A stretch of DNA of 64,000 nucleotides from Octopus bimaculoides (taxonomy: Eukaryota), in contig NC_068998.1 in assembly GCF_001194135.2 (NCBI RefSeq), positions 38,683,810 through 38,747,809 of the forward strand, given 5' to 3'. The notes under the pieces were generated by a model. It searched no databases. It had not been told where the DNA came from and was given only the letters and a program-made list of their open reading frames with translations. Every line of letters starts with the position of its first letter. Position 1 is the first letter of the stretch. Both the position numbers and the translations under genes were made by a program. Shown here piece by piece: positions 21,605 to 34,854 of the stretch.

Positions 21605-22640
21605 CATACAAAGAAATATTATGGAAACAATAGCGAAAGGTTTGACATGTAAGTTTACTGTTGTAAAAGGTGAAAGTGTATTGTCCGAAAAGAAAAAAAT
21701 TGAAAGTAATTGCGATAGAAATCGGATGTGAGGACACTGACATCCCATAATTTCATGCAAACAATGTATGTGAAATAACCAATCTACAGATCGTGTATAT
21801 ATTTACTATAACATGGACACTGTAGATATGTTTTAGATAAGATGAAAACAATGACATTGACGGAAAAATATGACAGTCATTGATGCACGAAATGAGATTC
21901 GTGAATGTTTTCTTTCGCGATCCCTAAAACTTGTTTCGCTACACATGCTCATGAAGAAATGGCATGAAATAAAGCATCAGCAATCCCACATCGCTGCCTA
22001 AGTTTCTTCTTGGCCATCATCCATCGCCCTTCACCTGTCTATTTATGGACATTGTCATCGTTTGGATCAACAAAACTGAGTGAATAGTTGAGAGTGCTAA
22101 TAAGTGTTGAAGTTGCTGAGACTCACAATAGGAAGTCCACCCATCGGATACCAAACGTGTTTTGTGAAATAGTTGTATGCCACTGTCGTCACTCCCGGTT
22201 TCAATCGCAATTTACTTTCATTCTTTTTAGGACAACAAACTTTCACATTATTACAACACCATTGTAATCACTTTCGGTTTCAATCGCAATCTCTATAATT
22301 TTAGGACTACATACTTTCACTTTCACATTGCAATGACGACACTGTTGTCATTTTCAATTTCAATCGCAATTTACTTTCATTTTTTTAGGATAACATACTT
22401 TTACATTATTACAACACCATTGTAATCACTTTCGGTTTCAATCGCAATCTCTATAATTTTAGGACAACATACTTTCACTTTCACATTGTTATGACGACAC
22501 TGTTGTCATTTTCAATTTCAATCGCCATTTACTTTCATTTTTTTTAGGACAATATACTTTCACATTGTTACAACGGTAAACTGCATATTAACTCTTTTTC
22601 CATTGTTTCCATAATATTTCTATGTATGTATGGTGTTTTA
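21605..22640 (-). mobile_element. internally deleted Merlin/ISXO2-like DNA transposon with long inverted arms
   Basis: Minus 22152-21870 gives VSDGWTSY / TLNYSLSFVDPNDDNVHK*TGEGRWMMAKKKL / FLHEHV(W)RNKF, matching SD.W.AY, TVNHS..FVDP, IE..W and E..WR. About 130 bp at 21605 is the reverse complement of 22628-22500. Confidence 0.75.
22181..22575. repeat. higher-order tandem array: ~79-bp monomers alternating A-B-A-B-A (~158-bp dimer)
   Basis: Anchor tcaatcgc at 22201, 22280, 22360, 22438 and 22518. A units continue atttactttcatt; B units continue atctctataatt. Confidence 0.9.
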
Positions 22641-23649
22641 CAGTCACTGGAGACCCAGCGATTATAGCAGCTCTGTTTTTTTTTCTCTTTTTTCTTTTAT
22701 ATTGTTCCGACAATTGTTTCATAGGCTGTGTTCACCTCTTTCCATTTTGAAGTTGATTTCATAGATTAATTTTCATTTCCAGAGAAATTTACTTTCTTGA
22801 CATTTCCAACTCTATTATTCAATCTTGGAAATATTTAACAATATATATAAATATATAGAAAGAAAAAAAAATCATTCAAACATAAACCATTGTGGTCTAC
22901 TCTATTATAGAAGGAGTGAAACGAGAGTAAAACGACAGGAAAATGAAAACATGCATACAATATATATATATATATATATATATANNNNNNNNNNNNNNNN
23001 NNNNNNNNNNNNNNNNNNNNNNNNNNNNNNNNNNNNNNNNNNNNNNNNNNNNNNNNNNNNNNNNNNNNNNNNNNNNNNNNNNNNNNNNNNNNNNNNNNNN
23101 NNNNNNNNNNNNNNNNNNNNNNNNNNNNNNNNNNNNNNNNNNNNNNNNNNNTATATATATATATATATAATATAATTATTGTGTGTGTATATATATATAT
23201 ATATATATACATACATTCATATATATATATATATGAATGTATATATATATATATATGTGTGTGTGTGTGCATATACACGTGTAGACATGTATACATGTAT
23301 ATGTATGTACATATATACACACACACACACGTACGCACGCACGCGCAGTCACAGAGGAAGCTATTCATTACTATTCCCGGATAATGTTATCAAAATCAGT
23401 CACTCCCGAACACATTACTTACAACTCAGTTTAAGAATATGCTTCTGCATACTGGAGTCAAAAAAATCCATATACTGTTATCAAAAGCATCTATTTTCGA
23501 CATCATTACCAAGGGTTCAACCGGCACATTGGCCCAAGGAGCCGTTGAATACCTGACAGGTCTTTTGTTTAATGCAGAAAGAAAAACAAAAACAAAAAAC
23601 AAACTCATTGCTCCCTTGAGTTTTGTGAGTGCCCTCTGTTTTGGAACCC

Positions 23650-23915
23650 CCAAAATAACATTAGCCGCATAAATCGGCGCATTATCATTCTGGAAGATTG
23701 TGCTATCATCAGGAAAGTATTCTTTGCACCATAGAATCAGTTGAAATACTTAGATAAATCCTTGGCGTTAATGTATAAAGACTTGCATGCGTAGCAATGA
23801 AAAGGCCAAGAGAATTTTGTGATATGGCTGCCCAGATCATCACAGAGTCACTTCTATACTTTACTGTGGAGACCAAACAGACAGGGTTGAATGCTGTCCC
23901 CAGACATAAACTCGA
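23650..23915 (-). mobile_element. Tc1-family transposase catalytic-domain fragment
   Basis: CLVSTVKYRSDSVMIWAAIS..SLG, then after a frameshift DDSTIFQNDNAPIYAA, matching TVKHGGGSVM.W and FQ.DNAP.H. Confidence 0.8.
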
Positions 23916-24784
23916 CCGGAAATGGGGAAAAAAATGGTGAGGGAGATAGATAGACAGATAGAGAGAGAGAGAGGGGGAAGAGGGGGAGGAGAGAGAGCGA
24001 GAGGGAAATGTAAATGTGATAATATTAAATGAAATTCCACAAAATTCTCTGCTAAATGTCACTATGTGAAGCTGTTCGCTGACAATTAAAATTATAAAGA
24101 AATTGCTGGTTTGGTGCTTGGAGAGAGACAGAGAAAGAAAGAGAGAGCGAGAGAAAGAGAGTGAGAGTGGGAGGGAGATAGGGAGAGAGGGAAGTGATGA
24201 GGGCGTGATGGGAACGAATTAAAACAACAATTAAAACCTGTAAATTAATTCAAAGAAACGCGAAACAAATAAAAAGAAAATGGCATACAAATTATACAAA
24301 GCAAAAAAAAAATATCTAAAAAAGTGCACAAATAAACAATAACGAATTTAAAAAAATAATGGATCAAAAGAAACTAAAGCAAAAGAAAAAATATATATAA
24401 ATTTTCTTTATCTCTTTCTGTCTCTTTGTTTCTCTCTGTTTCCCTGCCTCTGTCTCTTTCTTCTCTCTTTCTCACTTTCGGTCTGTATGTTTCTTTCTCT
24501 CTTTCTCTCTCGTTGTCTGTCTGTCTCACTCTCTCCCTGTCTCTGTTTTACTCTCTATCTCTTTCTCCCTCCCTGGCTCATCTCTATCTTTCTTTCTCTG
24601 TTTGGCTCCCTCGCCTTACCTCTCCCTGTCTTGTCCCATTCAAACCCCGGGAATTAATCAGCTTAAAGGCGTTTTTCCTCTCCTCCCCCGCTCCAGAGCC
24701 TGGTCGAGCAGACCTTTGATCAAAAACGTTCCAGCCGTGACCACCCCAACTTAGATATCAGACACTATATTGAGTCACATTATG

Positions 24785-24841
24785 ATAGATAGATAGATAA
24801 ACAGAGAGAGAGAGGGATAAATAGATAGAGAGAGAGGGGGG

Positions 24842-24911
<70 letters not shown>

Positions 24912-25011
24912 TAGATAGATAGATAGACAGAGAGAGAGAGGGATAAATAGATAGAGAGAGAGAGGGGGGATAGATAGATAGATATAGATAGATATAGATA
25001 GATAGATAGAC

Positions 25012-25045
<34 letters not shown>

Positions 25046-25051
25046 TTAGTT

Positions 25052-25083
<32 letters not shown>

Positions 25084-25105
25084 GGGGATAGATAGATAGA
25101 TAGAT
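24785..25105. repeat. compound (GATA)n/(GA)n array with a ~126-bp internal duplication
   Basis: acagagagagagagggataaatagatagagagagagggg at ~24801 and ~24927. Confidence 0.85.
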
Positions 25106-25499
25106 GTGTTAACGTATGTGATTTGAGGGAGCGTTGTTCGATGGGGTTTTTTTTCCGATGTTATCGCGTTCAGTTTAAAAGCGAACGTACCCGGGTTGTA
25201 TAATGAGGTTGGAACGGGAAGGAGAGGGAGCACTAATTAAAACCTATAAAAGTACACGGATGTCACAATGGTAGTGGGCGGAGGGTTAAGTTGTAATAAG
25301 GTGAAAGAGGTGTGACGGAGTGGCGGCGGGGGAGGACAGTTGTAGTTGTTTTTTTGTGTTTGTGTGTGCGTTTTATCTGTTTGCATTTGTGGATTGTAAT
25401 GTGAAAGGGACGGGGAAAGGAGTCTATGGTGGGGAATCGAAAGAAGCAAGCGTGTGTGTGTGTGTGTTTGTGTTTGTGTGTGTGCGTGCGTGCGTGTCT

Positions 25500-25770
25500 A
25501 TTATCTATCGTGTTGCTTGTTTCAGTCATTAGACTGCGGCCATGCTGGGGCACAACCTTGAAGAATTTTTAGTCGAATGGAACGGTCCCAGTATTTATTT
25601 ATTTATTTATTATTTTATTTATTTATTTATTATTTTGCTTTGTTAAGCCTGGGACTAATTATTTCAGAATCTTTTGCCGAACTGCTAAGTTACGAGGACG
25701 TAAATACACCAACAGCGGTTGTCAAGCGGTGGTGGTGGTGGTAGGAAAACACTGACACAAACACACATGT
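25500..25770 (-). mobile_element. SINE family A, 3' half
   Basis: ttgtttcagtcattagactgcggccatgctgggg..ttttgccgaactgctaagttacg..cagcggttgtcaagcgg. Confidence 0.8.
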
Positions 25771-25969
25771 AGATAGATACATATGTGTGTGTATGCGTGT
25801 GTGTGCGTGTTGTATGTGTATTGTGTTTATGGTCAGTATGTGAGAGGAACTGTAATTGTGTAAGTGTATATGTACGTATGTGCATATGTGTATGCATGTG
25901 TGTGTGTGTGTATAAGAGTGTATGAGTAATAATATCTGACTGTCAGTAACTATGGGTGGGAATTGTCAC

Positions 25970-26200
25970 TGCGTATGTATGTATGTATGTATGTATGTAT
26001 TTGTATGAATGTATGCATTTGTATGTATATATGTATTTGTATGTATGTATGTATGTATTTGTATGTATGTATTTGCATGTATGTACTTGCATGTATGTAT
26101 GTATTTATATGTATATATGTATGTATGTATTTGTATGTATGTATGTATGTATGTATGTATGTATGTGCATGTATGTATGTATTTGTATGTGTGTGTCTGT
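25970..26200. repeat. degenerate (TATG)n microsatellite
   Basis: Directly visible. Confidence 0.95.
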
Positions 26201-26609
26201 GTGTGTCCATATCCATTTGTGTTTGTATAGTCAATGTTTGTGAAATGTGTATATATATATGGTACACAGTCATTGGAGACTAACTGTCTGTATATTTGTA
26301 TAAGGATCTATGTGTATGTAAGACCCAATCTGTGTTTATAGTTTGTCTTTCTCTGAACTAGTATGTTTATATATGCACGTGTGCTCATATTACTGTGGTT
26401 GTTGTTGTTGCTGTTGTAGTGGTGGTGGTGGTGGTGGTGGTCGATTTTAGCCCTTAGTCCACCTTTACTGAATAGACCTACGATCCAACGCGGTCCCAAC
26501 GTGAACATCTAGCCTTCGCCTTTTCCTCGACATAGGGTATATACTACAACGTTAGAGCCTTCATTTTCTTTACATACAATAGAGGGTGATTTGAGGGAGA
26601 CTTTGCTCT

Positions 26610-26641
<32 letters not shown>

Positions 26642-26642
26642 G

Positions 26643-26754
<112 letters not shown>

Positions 26755-27589
26755 NNNNNNNNNNNNNNNNNNNNNNNNNNNNNNNNNNNNNNNNNNNNNN
26801 NNNNNNNNNNNNNNNNNNNNNNNNNNNNNNNNNNNNNNNNNNNNNNNNNNNNNNNNNNNNNNNNNNNNNNNNNNNNNNNNNNNNNNNNNNNNNNNNNNNN
26901 NATATATATATATATAAATATATCTCCATGGATCTAGTTATGTATGCATGTTTGTATCTATCTATCTATCTATCTACCTACCTACCTACCTATCTATCTA
27001 CTTAGCGCGCTCTCTCTCTCTCTCTCTATCTGTATGTATGTATGTATGTATATATATATATATCAATCAATTAACTTACCTACCTACCTATCTATCTATC
27101 TATCTATCTATAGCTCTCTCTCTGTATCTGAATATATGTTTACACACACACACACACACACATATAAATGTATGTGTAAATGTATGTATGTATGTATGCG
27201 CATATGCGATGTATGCATTCACATGTGGCCGTACATGTTTACATGTATGTTTTCTTTTTATTCACTTGTGCATGTGCGCGTGTAGATGCATGTTTCCATG
27301 CTGCGTGTGCTTGCATGCATCAGTCACTGCATGTTCACATACGCATTTACAAATATAGCACATACGCACACATATAGCACAGAAGCACACATGCATGCGT
27401 GCACACGCACACAGATACACGCACACACACGCACACGCACACACACACACACACACATCTCCAAACACATGTAACAAATTGTTTCTGATGTATCCAAGGA
27501 TGTTCAGTCTTCAGATCTTGAGTAGAAAGATGAACCGTGGAAGTTATGACGTTAATGTCATTCCAGAGAGCATGGCCATACACACACAC

Positions 27590-28060
27590 ACACACACTAG
27601 TACGAATGCACACAGACATACACACACGCACATACACACATACATACACACATACATACATGCATACATGTATGTATGTATGTGTGTATGCATGTATGTA
27701 TGTATGAATGTATGCATGTATGTATGTATGTGTGTATGCCTGCATATATGTAGGTATGTATGCATGTATCTATGTGTGCATGCATGTATGCATGTATGTG
27801 TGTATGCATGTATGTATGAACGTATGTATGTATGCATGTATGTATTATGTATGTATGTATGCATGTATGTATGCATGTATGTATGTATGTATGTATGTAT
27901 GCATGTATGTATGTACGTATGTATGCATGAATGTATGTATGTATGTATGTATGTATGTATGCATGTATCTATGTGTGCATGCATGTATGTCTAAATGTAT
28001 GCATGTATGTATGTATGCATGTATGTATGAATGTATGTATGTATGTATGAATGTATCCAT
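27590..28060. repeat. degenerate (CATA)/(TATG)/(CATG) microsatellite with a polarity switch at ~27665
   Basis: Directly visible. Confidence 0.95.
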
Positions 28061-28065
28061 GTACG

Positions 28066-28400
28066 TTGGCGCAGGCGTGGGTGTGTGGTAAGAAGCTTGC
28101 TTCCCAACCACATGGTTCCGAGTTCAATCCACCTGCGTGGCGATTTGAGCAAGTATCTTCAACAATAGCATCTGGCCCACCAAAGCCTTGTGAATCGATT
28201 TGGAAGATGGAAACTGAAAGAAGCCTGTCGTATATAAATATATACTTTTTTATCTTTTACTTGTTTCAGTTATTAGACTGGCCATGCTGGGGCACCTCCT
28301 TGAAGAAATTTTAGTCAAATGTATCGACCCAGTGCTTACTTTTTTAAAGCCTAGCGCTTATTCTATCGGTTCCTCTCTTGCTGAACCGCTAGGTTACATG
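28066..28400. mobile_element. SINE family A 5' half (+, 28066-28230) abutting an inverted 3' part (-, 28250-28400)
   Basis: ggcgcaggcgtgggtgtgtggtaagaag..gaagcctgtcg, then tcttttacttgtttcagt..ctgaaccgctaggttac. Confidence 0.75.
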
Positions 28401-28489
28401 TACATATGTGTGTTAGCGCGGGCGTACCCAACGAACGGGAACGTAGAACTCTCAGTAGCAGTTTTTTGTGATATTTTTGTGTTTTTTTT

Positions 28490-28712
28490 AGTTTTAATAA
28501 TCCTTTCTACTATAGGCACCAGGCCTGAAATTTTGGGAAGGGGAAAGGTCGATTGCATCAACCCCTATGCTCATCTAGTACATATTTTATCGACCCCGAA
28601 AGGATGAAAAGTGAAGTCGAACCCGGCGGAATTTGAACTCAGAAAGTAAGGACGAACGAAATGCCGTTAAGAATTTTGCCCAGCGCTCTAGCAATTCTGC
28701 CAGCTTGCCGCC
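28490..28712 (-). mobile_element. SINE family C variant
   Basis: tatcgaccccgaaaggatgaaa..cggcggaatttgaactcag..ctgccagcttgccgcc. Confidence 0.85.
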
Positions 28713-29046
28713 ATTTTAAAAGCTTTAATAATAAAGCATATTACTCTACCTCTGGTATTCGAGTACTATTTTTTCCCCCACCTTGTTTCACATTTATGTG
28801 CTTACTCTGGNNNNNNNNNNNNNNNNNNNNNNNNNNNNNNNNNNNNNNNNNNNNNNNNNNNNNNNNNNNNGGAAAGAGGATCTGGGGATTGCAATCCAAT
28901 GACTGAAGGGTGAAAATCCATAGCCCTCTCCCTGCTACGATGGTGTGCCTAAATTCAATGATCTGAGCTAACGAGGGTGTATCAACAGGGTCACTCAACC
29001 TGCTAGAAATAATAGCTTGAGATTCCCTCAAAATTATGCCCTACAT

Positions 29047-29676
29047 CAGTGCTACTCAAAGTGGTGGTCCGCGGACCGGTGCCAGTCCGCGAGCCATCAG
29101 CTGCAGGTACGCAGCGAGTTTCCAGAAAAGAAAGAAACATTATAAAATGCTTATGTAATATTGTATTATTTGTTTCCAAAATAAATATAAGATTTAAAAA
29201 ATTGTCAACTGTTATTATATAGGTGCAGGAGTGGCTGTGTAGTAAGTAGCTTGCTTACCAACCGGATTCCGTCCCACTGCGTGACACCTTGGGCAAGTGT
29301 CTTCTACTATAGTCTCGAGCCGACCAAAGCCTTGAGTAGATTTGGTAGACGGAAACTGANNNNNNNNNNCGACCAAAGCCTTGAGTAGATTTGGTAGACG
29401 GAAACTGAAAGAAGCCCGTCGTATATATGTATATATATATATGTGTGTGTGCTTGTGTGTCTGTGTTTGTCCCCCCAACATCGCTCGACATGCGATACTG
29501 GTGTGCTTACGTCCCCGTAACTTAGCGGTTCGGCAAAAAGAGAGCGATCCGCAGTACGCAACTGGTACTTAATTTATCGACTCATTACTAAGAAATATTA
29601 CCGGTCCCTGGCACTTTGAAAAAAAAAAAAAACACAAACTGCCGGTACGCCAGATCAGATAGTTTGAGAAGCACTG
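29047..29676. mobile_element. non-autonomous hAT (Charlie/MER5-like) element with perfect 8-bp TSD and a nested SINE
   Basis: TIRs CAGTGCTACTCAAA and TTTGAGAAGCACTG; ccctacat at both 29039-29046 and 29677-29684. Confidence 0.9.
29219..29545 (+). mobile_element. SINE family A nested in the hAT element, 3'-truncated and fused to an inverted family C fragment
   Basis: aggtgcaggagtggctgtg..cttagcggttcggcaaaaagaga, then cagtacgcaactggtacttaatttatcgac. Confidence 0.85.
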
Positions 29677-30431
29677 CCCTACATCATTCACTGAATATTG
29701 AGGTGCCAGATATAATTTCTGAGGCAGGATGGTACTGGCATGAGGAACCTTTGATCGTGGTTCTTCTGACAGTTTACCTGGAACCTTACAACAACAACAA
29801 CAAGCACAAAGCAAAAATAAGAATAACCACGAAAACAACGAAAACAATAACAATGTTCTTGCCAACGTACAATCATTCCTAATTGCCTACACCTAAGCAG
29901 GGATGGGCACATTTGGAATGCATATCTTCATCAAAGGCTTGCTGAAACAGGATTAACCTGGGTCTAAAACCAACAACAACAATAACAGCAGTACAATGAA
30001 TCCTACACACAAAAAAAAATGTATACACACGCACACAAACACACACATATACACGCACTCACATACACACCCACCCACCCATCCACACGCCCACTCACTA
30101 ATACACATAAACACACATACACTCACACATACACACACAAACGCACACACATTAAGGCATAAATATTTGGAAAATATGCAAACGCATGTATGCTTGTGTT
30201 TTGTGTGTAGGTACGTGTGCACGTGCTTTTGTGTATGTATGTATGTATGTATGTATGTATGTATGTATGTGTGTGTGTGAGTGTATGTTATGTGTATGTA
30301 TGTATATATGCATGTATGTGTATTGTGTATCTATATGTATGTATGTATGTATATATGTATGTATTGTGTCTGTATGTATGCATGTATGTATGTTGCTGTG
30401 CTTATGTGTTTATGTAAGTGTATGTATATAT

Positions 30432-30770
30432 CGTGGCACTCCGTCGGTTATGACGACGAGGGTTCCAGTTGATCCGATCAACGGAACAGCACTCCACAGA
30501 CACGTGTACCCTTAACGTAGTTCTCGGGGAAGATTCAGCGTGACACAGTGTGACANNNNNNNNNNNNNNNNNNNNNNNNNNNNNNNNNNNNNNNNNNNNN
30601 NNNNNNNNNNNNNNNNNNNNNNNNNNNNNNNNNNNNNNNNNNNNNNNNNNNNNNNNNNNNNNNNNNNNNNNNNNNNNNNNNNNNNNNNNNNNNNAGGCCC
30701 GGTGTGGGAATCGAAACCGCAATCCCACGACCGCGAGTCTGCTGCCCTAACCACTGGGCCGTTGCACCTC
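30432..30770 (-). mobile_element. SINE family B spanning a gap
   Basis: Tail gcactccgtcggttatgacgacgagg; head reverse complement ggcccagtggttagggcagcagac..gtttcgattccc. Confidence 0.8.
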
Positions 30771-30839
30771 CACGTATGAAGACTATAAATATAGGTACCA
30801 CGAACGAACACACAGACACGCATTCTAAGAGTGTCCTAG

Positions 30840-30876
<37 letters not shown>

Positions 30877-31327
30877 TGTATATGTGTATGTGCGTGTGTG
30901 TATATGTATGTGAGACAGTGTCAAGGCTCTTCTTTACCCCACCTCTATACACAAAATCATGCACGAACATAACAATTCACACGCACACACACACACACAT
31001 GCACACACACACACACACACACATACACACACATAATAATACAGCTCGGGGTAGCGCAGGGGCACGCATGCATTTCCGCATGTGCATGTGTGTAGTTTTA
31101 ACTAAGTGCGCATGCGTGTATGTATGTGTATGCGTGCATCTTTATCTCTTATTAGTTCCAGTCATTAGACTGCGGCCATGCTGGGGCACCGCCTTGATAA
31201 TGATGATGTGTATGTATATAGATACACACACGCACACACATATATGAATGTATGTACATATAAGTCTTACATATGTATATATGTATGTGTGTGTATACAT
31301 ATAAATGTATGAATATATATGTATGTG

Positions 31328-31382
<55 letters not shown>

Positions 31383-31497
31383 ATAAATATGTATGTACAT
31401 ACATACAACCCCGCCCCACATTTATGTTTTCAGAACGTATATGAATATGTGTGTATATATGTGTACGTATGAATGTATGCATGTATCTTTGTTTGTT

Positions 31498-31553
<56 letters not shown>

Positions 31554-31868
31554 TCAACTACAGTTGAATAACATCTTACATACCTAAAGATACATATGTA
31601 CAAGTGTAACACACATGAGCACTCACGGATACAAGTACACTTTCAGAGACGTACAGAAACACATAACCACATACATAAAGAAATATGCAATCATCTTGAG
31701 ACACATACACACATAAAGGGATACATATACATACATACATATAGATACATACCTACATATATATATATATTTATAAATGTATGTATGCATGTATATAGAT
31801 ATATAGATATATGTATGTGTATGTGTGTGTATACATATATGTATGAATATGTATGTATGTATATATGT

Positions 31869-31934
<66 letters not shown>

Positions 31935-32682
31935 ACAAACATCATCAATGAAGCCCTTAACATATATTCAGTCTATCAGATGTCACCACACACACACGCA
32001 CATGCACGCACATGCACACACAGACATGCACAGACATGTATATGCACACACACACACACAGACATACATGCATACGCGCGCGCGCATGTGTATGAGTGTG
32101 TATGTGTATGTCAGTATGAACGCGTGTGTGTTAGCAGCTGTGTAAAGAGAGAGACCGAGAAAATAAAAGAGAGGGTGAATGGTGGAAGAGAGAAGGAGAT
32201 TTTGAACACACACCGCACGTGCACACGTGCACACACGCGCCAAAAGACGCGCACACAGACTTTTATTGTGTATATAGTGAGGAGAGAGAGAGGGTGACAG
32301 AGAGAGCAAGGTGAGAGAGAGATCAGTTATGTGGAGAAAACGTAAGCTCTCTCTCTCTCTCTCACACACACCAGCATACTAAAAGGTATGTGTGTGTATG
32401 TATGTATGTATGTATGTATGTATGTATGTATAGATAGATAGAGAGAGAGGGAGAGAGAGAGAGAGAGAGATAAAGGGAGAGAGAGATAAAGGGAGAGAGA
32501 GACTGCGAAAGAAAAAGACCGTGAGACTGTATGTGCGTGAGAGAGAGTGCGTGAGAGAGAGAGAGTGTGTGAGAGAGAGGGAGGCAGTGAGGGAGAGAGA
32601 GAGTGAACGAGAGGGAGAGTATTGTCTATGAGAGAGATACAGAGAGAGAGATTCTGCGTGTGGTTAGAGAGTGACTGTGTGT

Positions 32683-32725
<43 letters not shown>

Positions 32726-33480
32726 TACGTGAGAGAGTGAACGTGTGTGTGTGTGTGAGAGAGAGAATGAAAGTGAAAGTGAAAATGTGTGTGCAGGTGA
32801 CTGTATTTGTGTGTGCGATGGAGTCTTTTTGGTGTGTGTGTGTGTGTGTGTGATGGGGAATAACACTTATATTGTAAGAGAGAAAATGGAAGGTGAGAGA
32901 GATGAAAAAAGAGAAAAAGAGACAGCAATAGAGATGCAGATGAGTAACATAGAATGGAGGTGCTCTGTCTGTATCTCTCTCACACATCTTACATATATAT
33001 GAGAGAGAGAGAGAGAGAGACAGAGACAAAAAGAGAGAGAGAGAGGACGTTGGAGTGATGGTGTGAGGAAAGCCAGATGTGAGGGTAAAAGGAAAGAGAA
33101 TGAATGCGAGAGAATATTGGTAGAAAGGATACGACAGCGTGCGGGTGAGAGAAAGGAGGGGGAAAGATGGAAAGCTGGAAAGAGAGAGGTGCGGTTGGAG
33201 GAGTGGTGGAGTAGGAGGGGAAGTTCGAATGTGCATGGAGGAGGATAAGAAGAAGAAGAAGAAGAAGAAGAAGTGGAAAGGAGAGAGAAGGACAGGAGAA
33301 AGAGAGTGTAAGAGAGATAGAGAGAGAGTGCAGGGATGGGACAGGTAGTACACCCGCACATATATAAAGAGAGAGGGTGGCAAAGGTGTGGTGTTATATT
33401 TAGACATGGTCAAAGATACCAATAGAATTAGACACACAATCAAAAAGGCACATAAAATGTGAAAAAAAGGCCAAGTATAT

Positions 33481-34130
33481 ACTGTGACGTAAGAAGCGTG
33501 ACATTCAGTGTAACAGAGAAACACATGAATAGAATCTGTCACACATTGTGACATAATCACGTTCAGTGTGACGCACACGAGCGCGTAAAATTACAATGTT
33601 GCAGTCACACAACTACATCTAGTGTGACGTACACAGTGTGACATGCAGTATAACAGAAACACACATATGTAGAATCTATGATTATGTGACACTATCACGT
33701 GATCACGTGTGATCATATGACAGCATCATGTAATCACAGTGCGTTGTATTATTCCCAGTCACACAGTCACATATAGTGTGACGTACGCAGCGTGATATTC
33801 GGTATAACAGAAACACATATATAAAGTCTATGATTTGTGACACTATCACGTGATCACATGTGATCATGTGACTCTCACGTGATCACAGTGTGCTGTATTA
33901 GTACCAGTTACACAATCACATATAGTGTAACGTATGCAGTGTGACACTCGTTACAACAGAAACGCACATGTAGAAACAGATCGTGTAACTGTGTCACACG
34001 ATAACTGTGCGTCGTACTAAGTACTATGCAGTGTACAAAGAAATACACATGTAGAATCCTGTTGTTACATACTGTCGAACACAGTTACACAATCTTATGC
34101 TGTAACGTACAAAGTGTGACACACAGTAAA
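33481..34130. repeat. diverged ~150-bp tandem repeat (3-4 copies plus partials) rich in CACGTG/TGATCA palindromes
   Basis: Unit starts (a/c)(g/t)gtg/taacgta..gtgac..aacagaaac at 33481, 33621, 33775 and 33924. Confidence 0.8.
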
Positions 34131-34854
34131 TCGATGTCACTCACGCAGTCATATAACCACATATATCATGACACAATGTAACACGTAGAATCCAGTGTTA
34201 CACTCAGATCCACACGATCACACTTTGTGACAAACGAACAAACACGTATTATTCACTTACGTACTGTGACACTCATAGTTCGACAGACACACAGACGCTC
34301 ATGTATACACAGACACACGCAAACACAGATAGATACACTCTCACAGAATCAAAAGTACAGTTTTACTAGTCACATAGTACAAAATAGACAAGCCGGACAC
34401 ATAATACTATATACATAAGCAGTTATACCCACACATATCCACACACACACACTGGTTTCAAGTTTTGGCACAAGGCCAGTCACACAAGTGTATACACTTT
34501 CTTGTGATGTTACACACTGTATCTTCCCCCCTATCTCTCTCACGCACACACACACAGACACACACACACACACAGACACACACACACACAAAGATTGACC
34601 AGACTAGTTAACGCATGCTTTCATTTACATATATACAATTTCACATGAATTATCACACAAACTTTTTCCATAGACACACCCACAATGTCACACACAAATT
34701 GTCACTCTTGAACTAAGTTGTAACGAAAGATAATAACTTCATCTCCATCGAAGAAAAAACGCGAACGTTTTGAATAAACCGATAACAACCTACACACTGA
34801 TGTGCACTATCCACACTTACATACGTACATACATACATACATACGTATGCATGT

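Noticed and set aside
22181-22575. Regularly spaced repeats as a CRISPR array (also considered for 57628-57743 and 42011-42240)
   Set aside because: Spacers are not unique, the context is eukaryotic and there are no cas genes.
25245-25285. TATAAAAG plus GGGCGG as a promoter
   Set aside because: The GC box is downstream of the TATA, Inr spacing is off, and no downstream exon is recognisable.
27470-27580. 100-bp unique island between microsatellites as a micro-exon
   Set aside because: No convincing acceptor/donor pair on either strand and no recognisable peptide.
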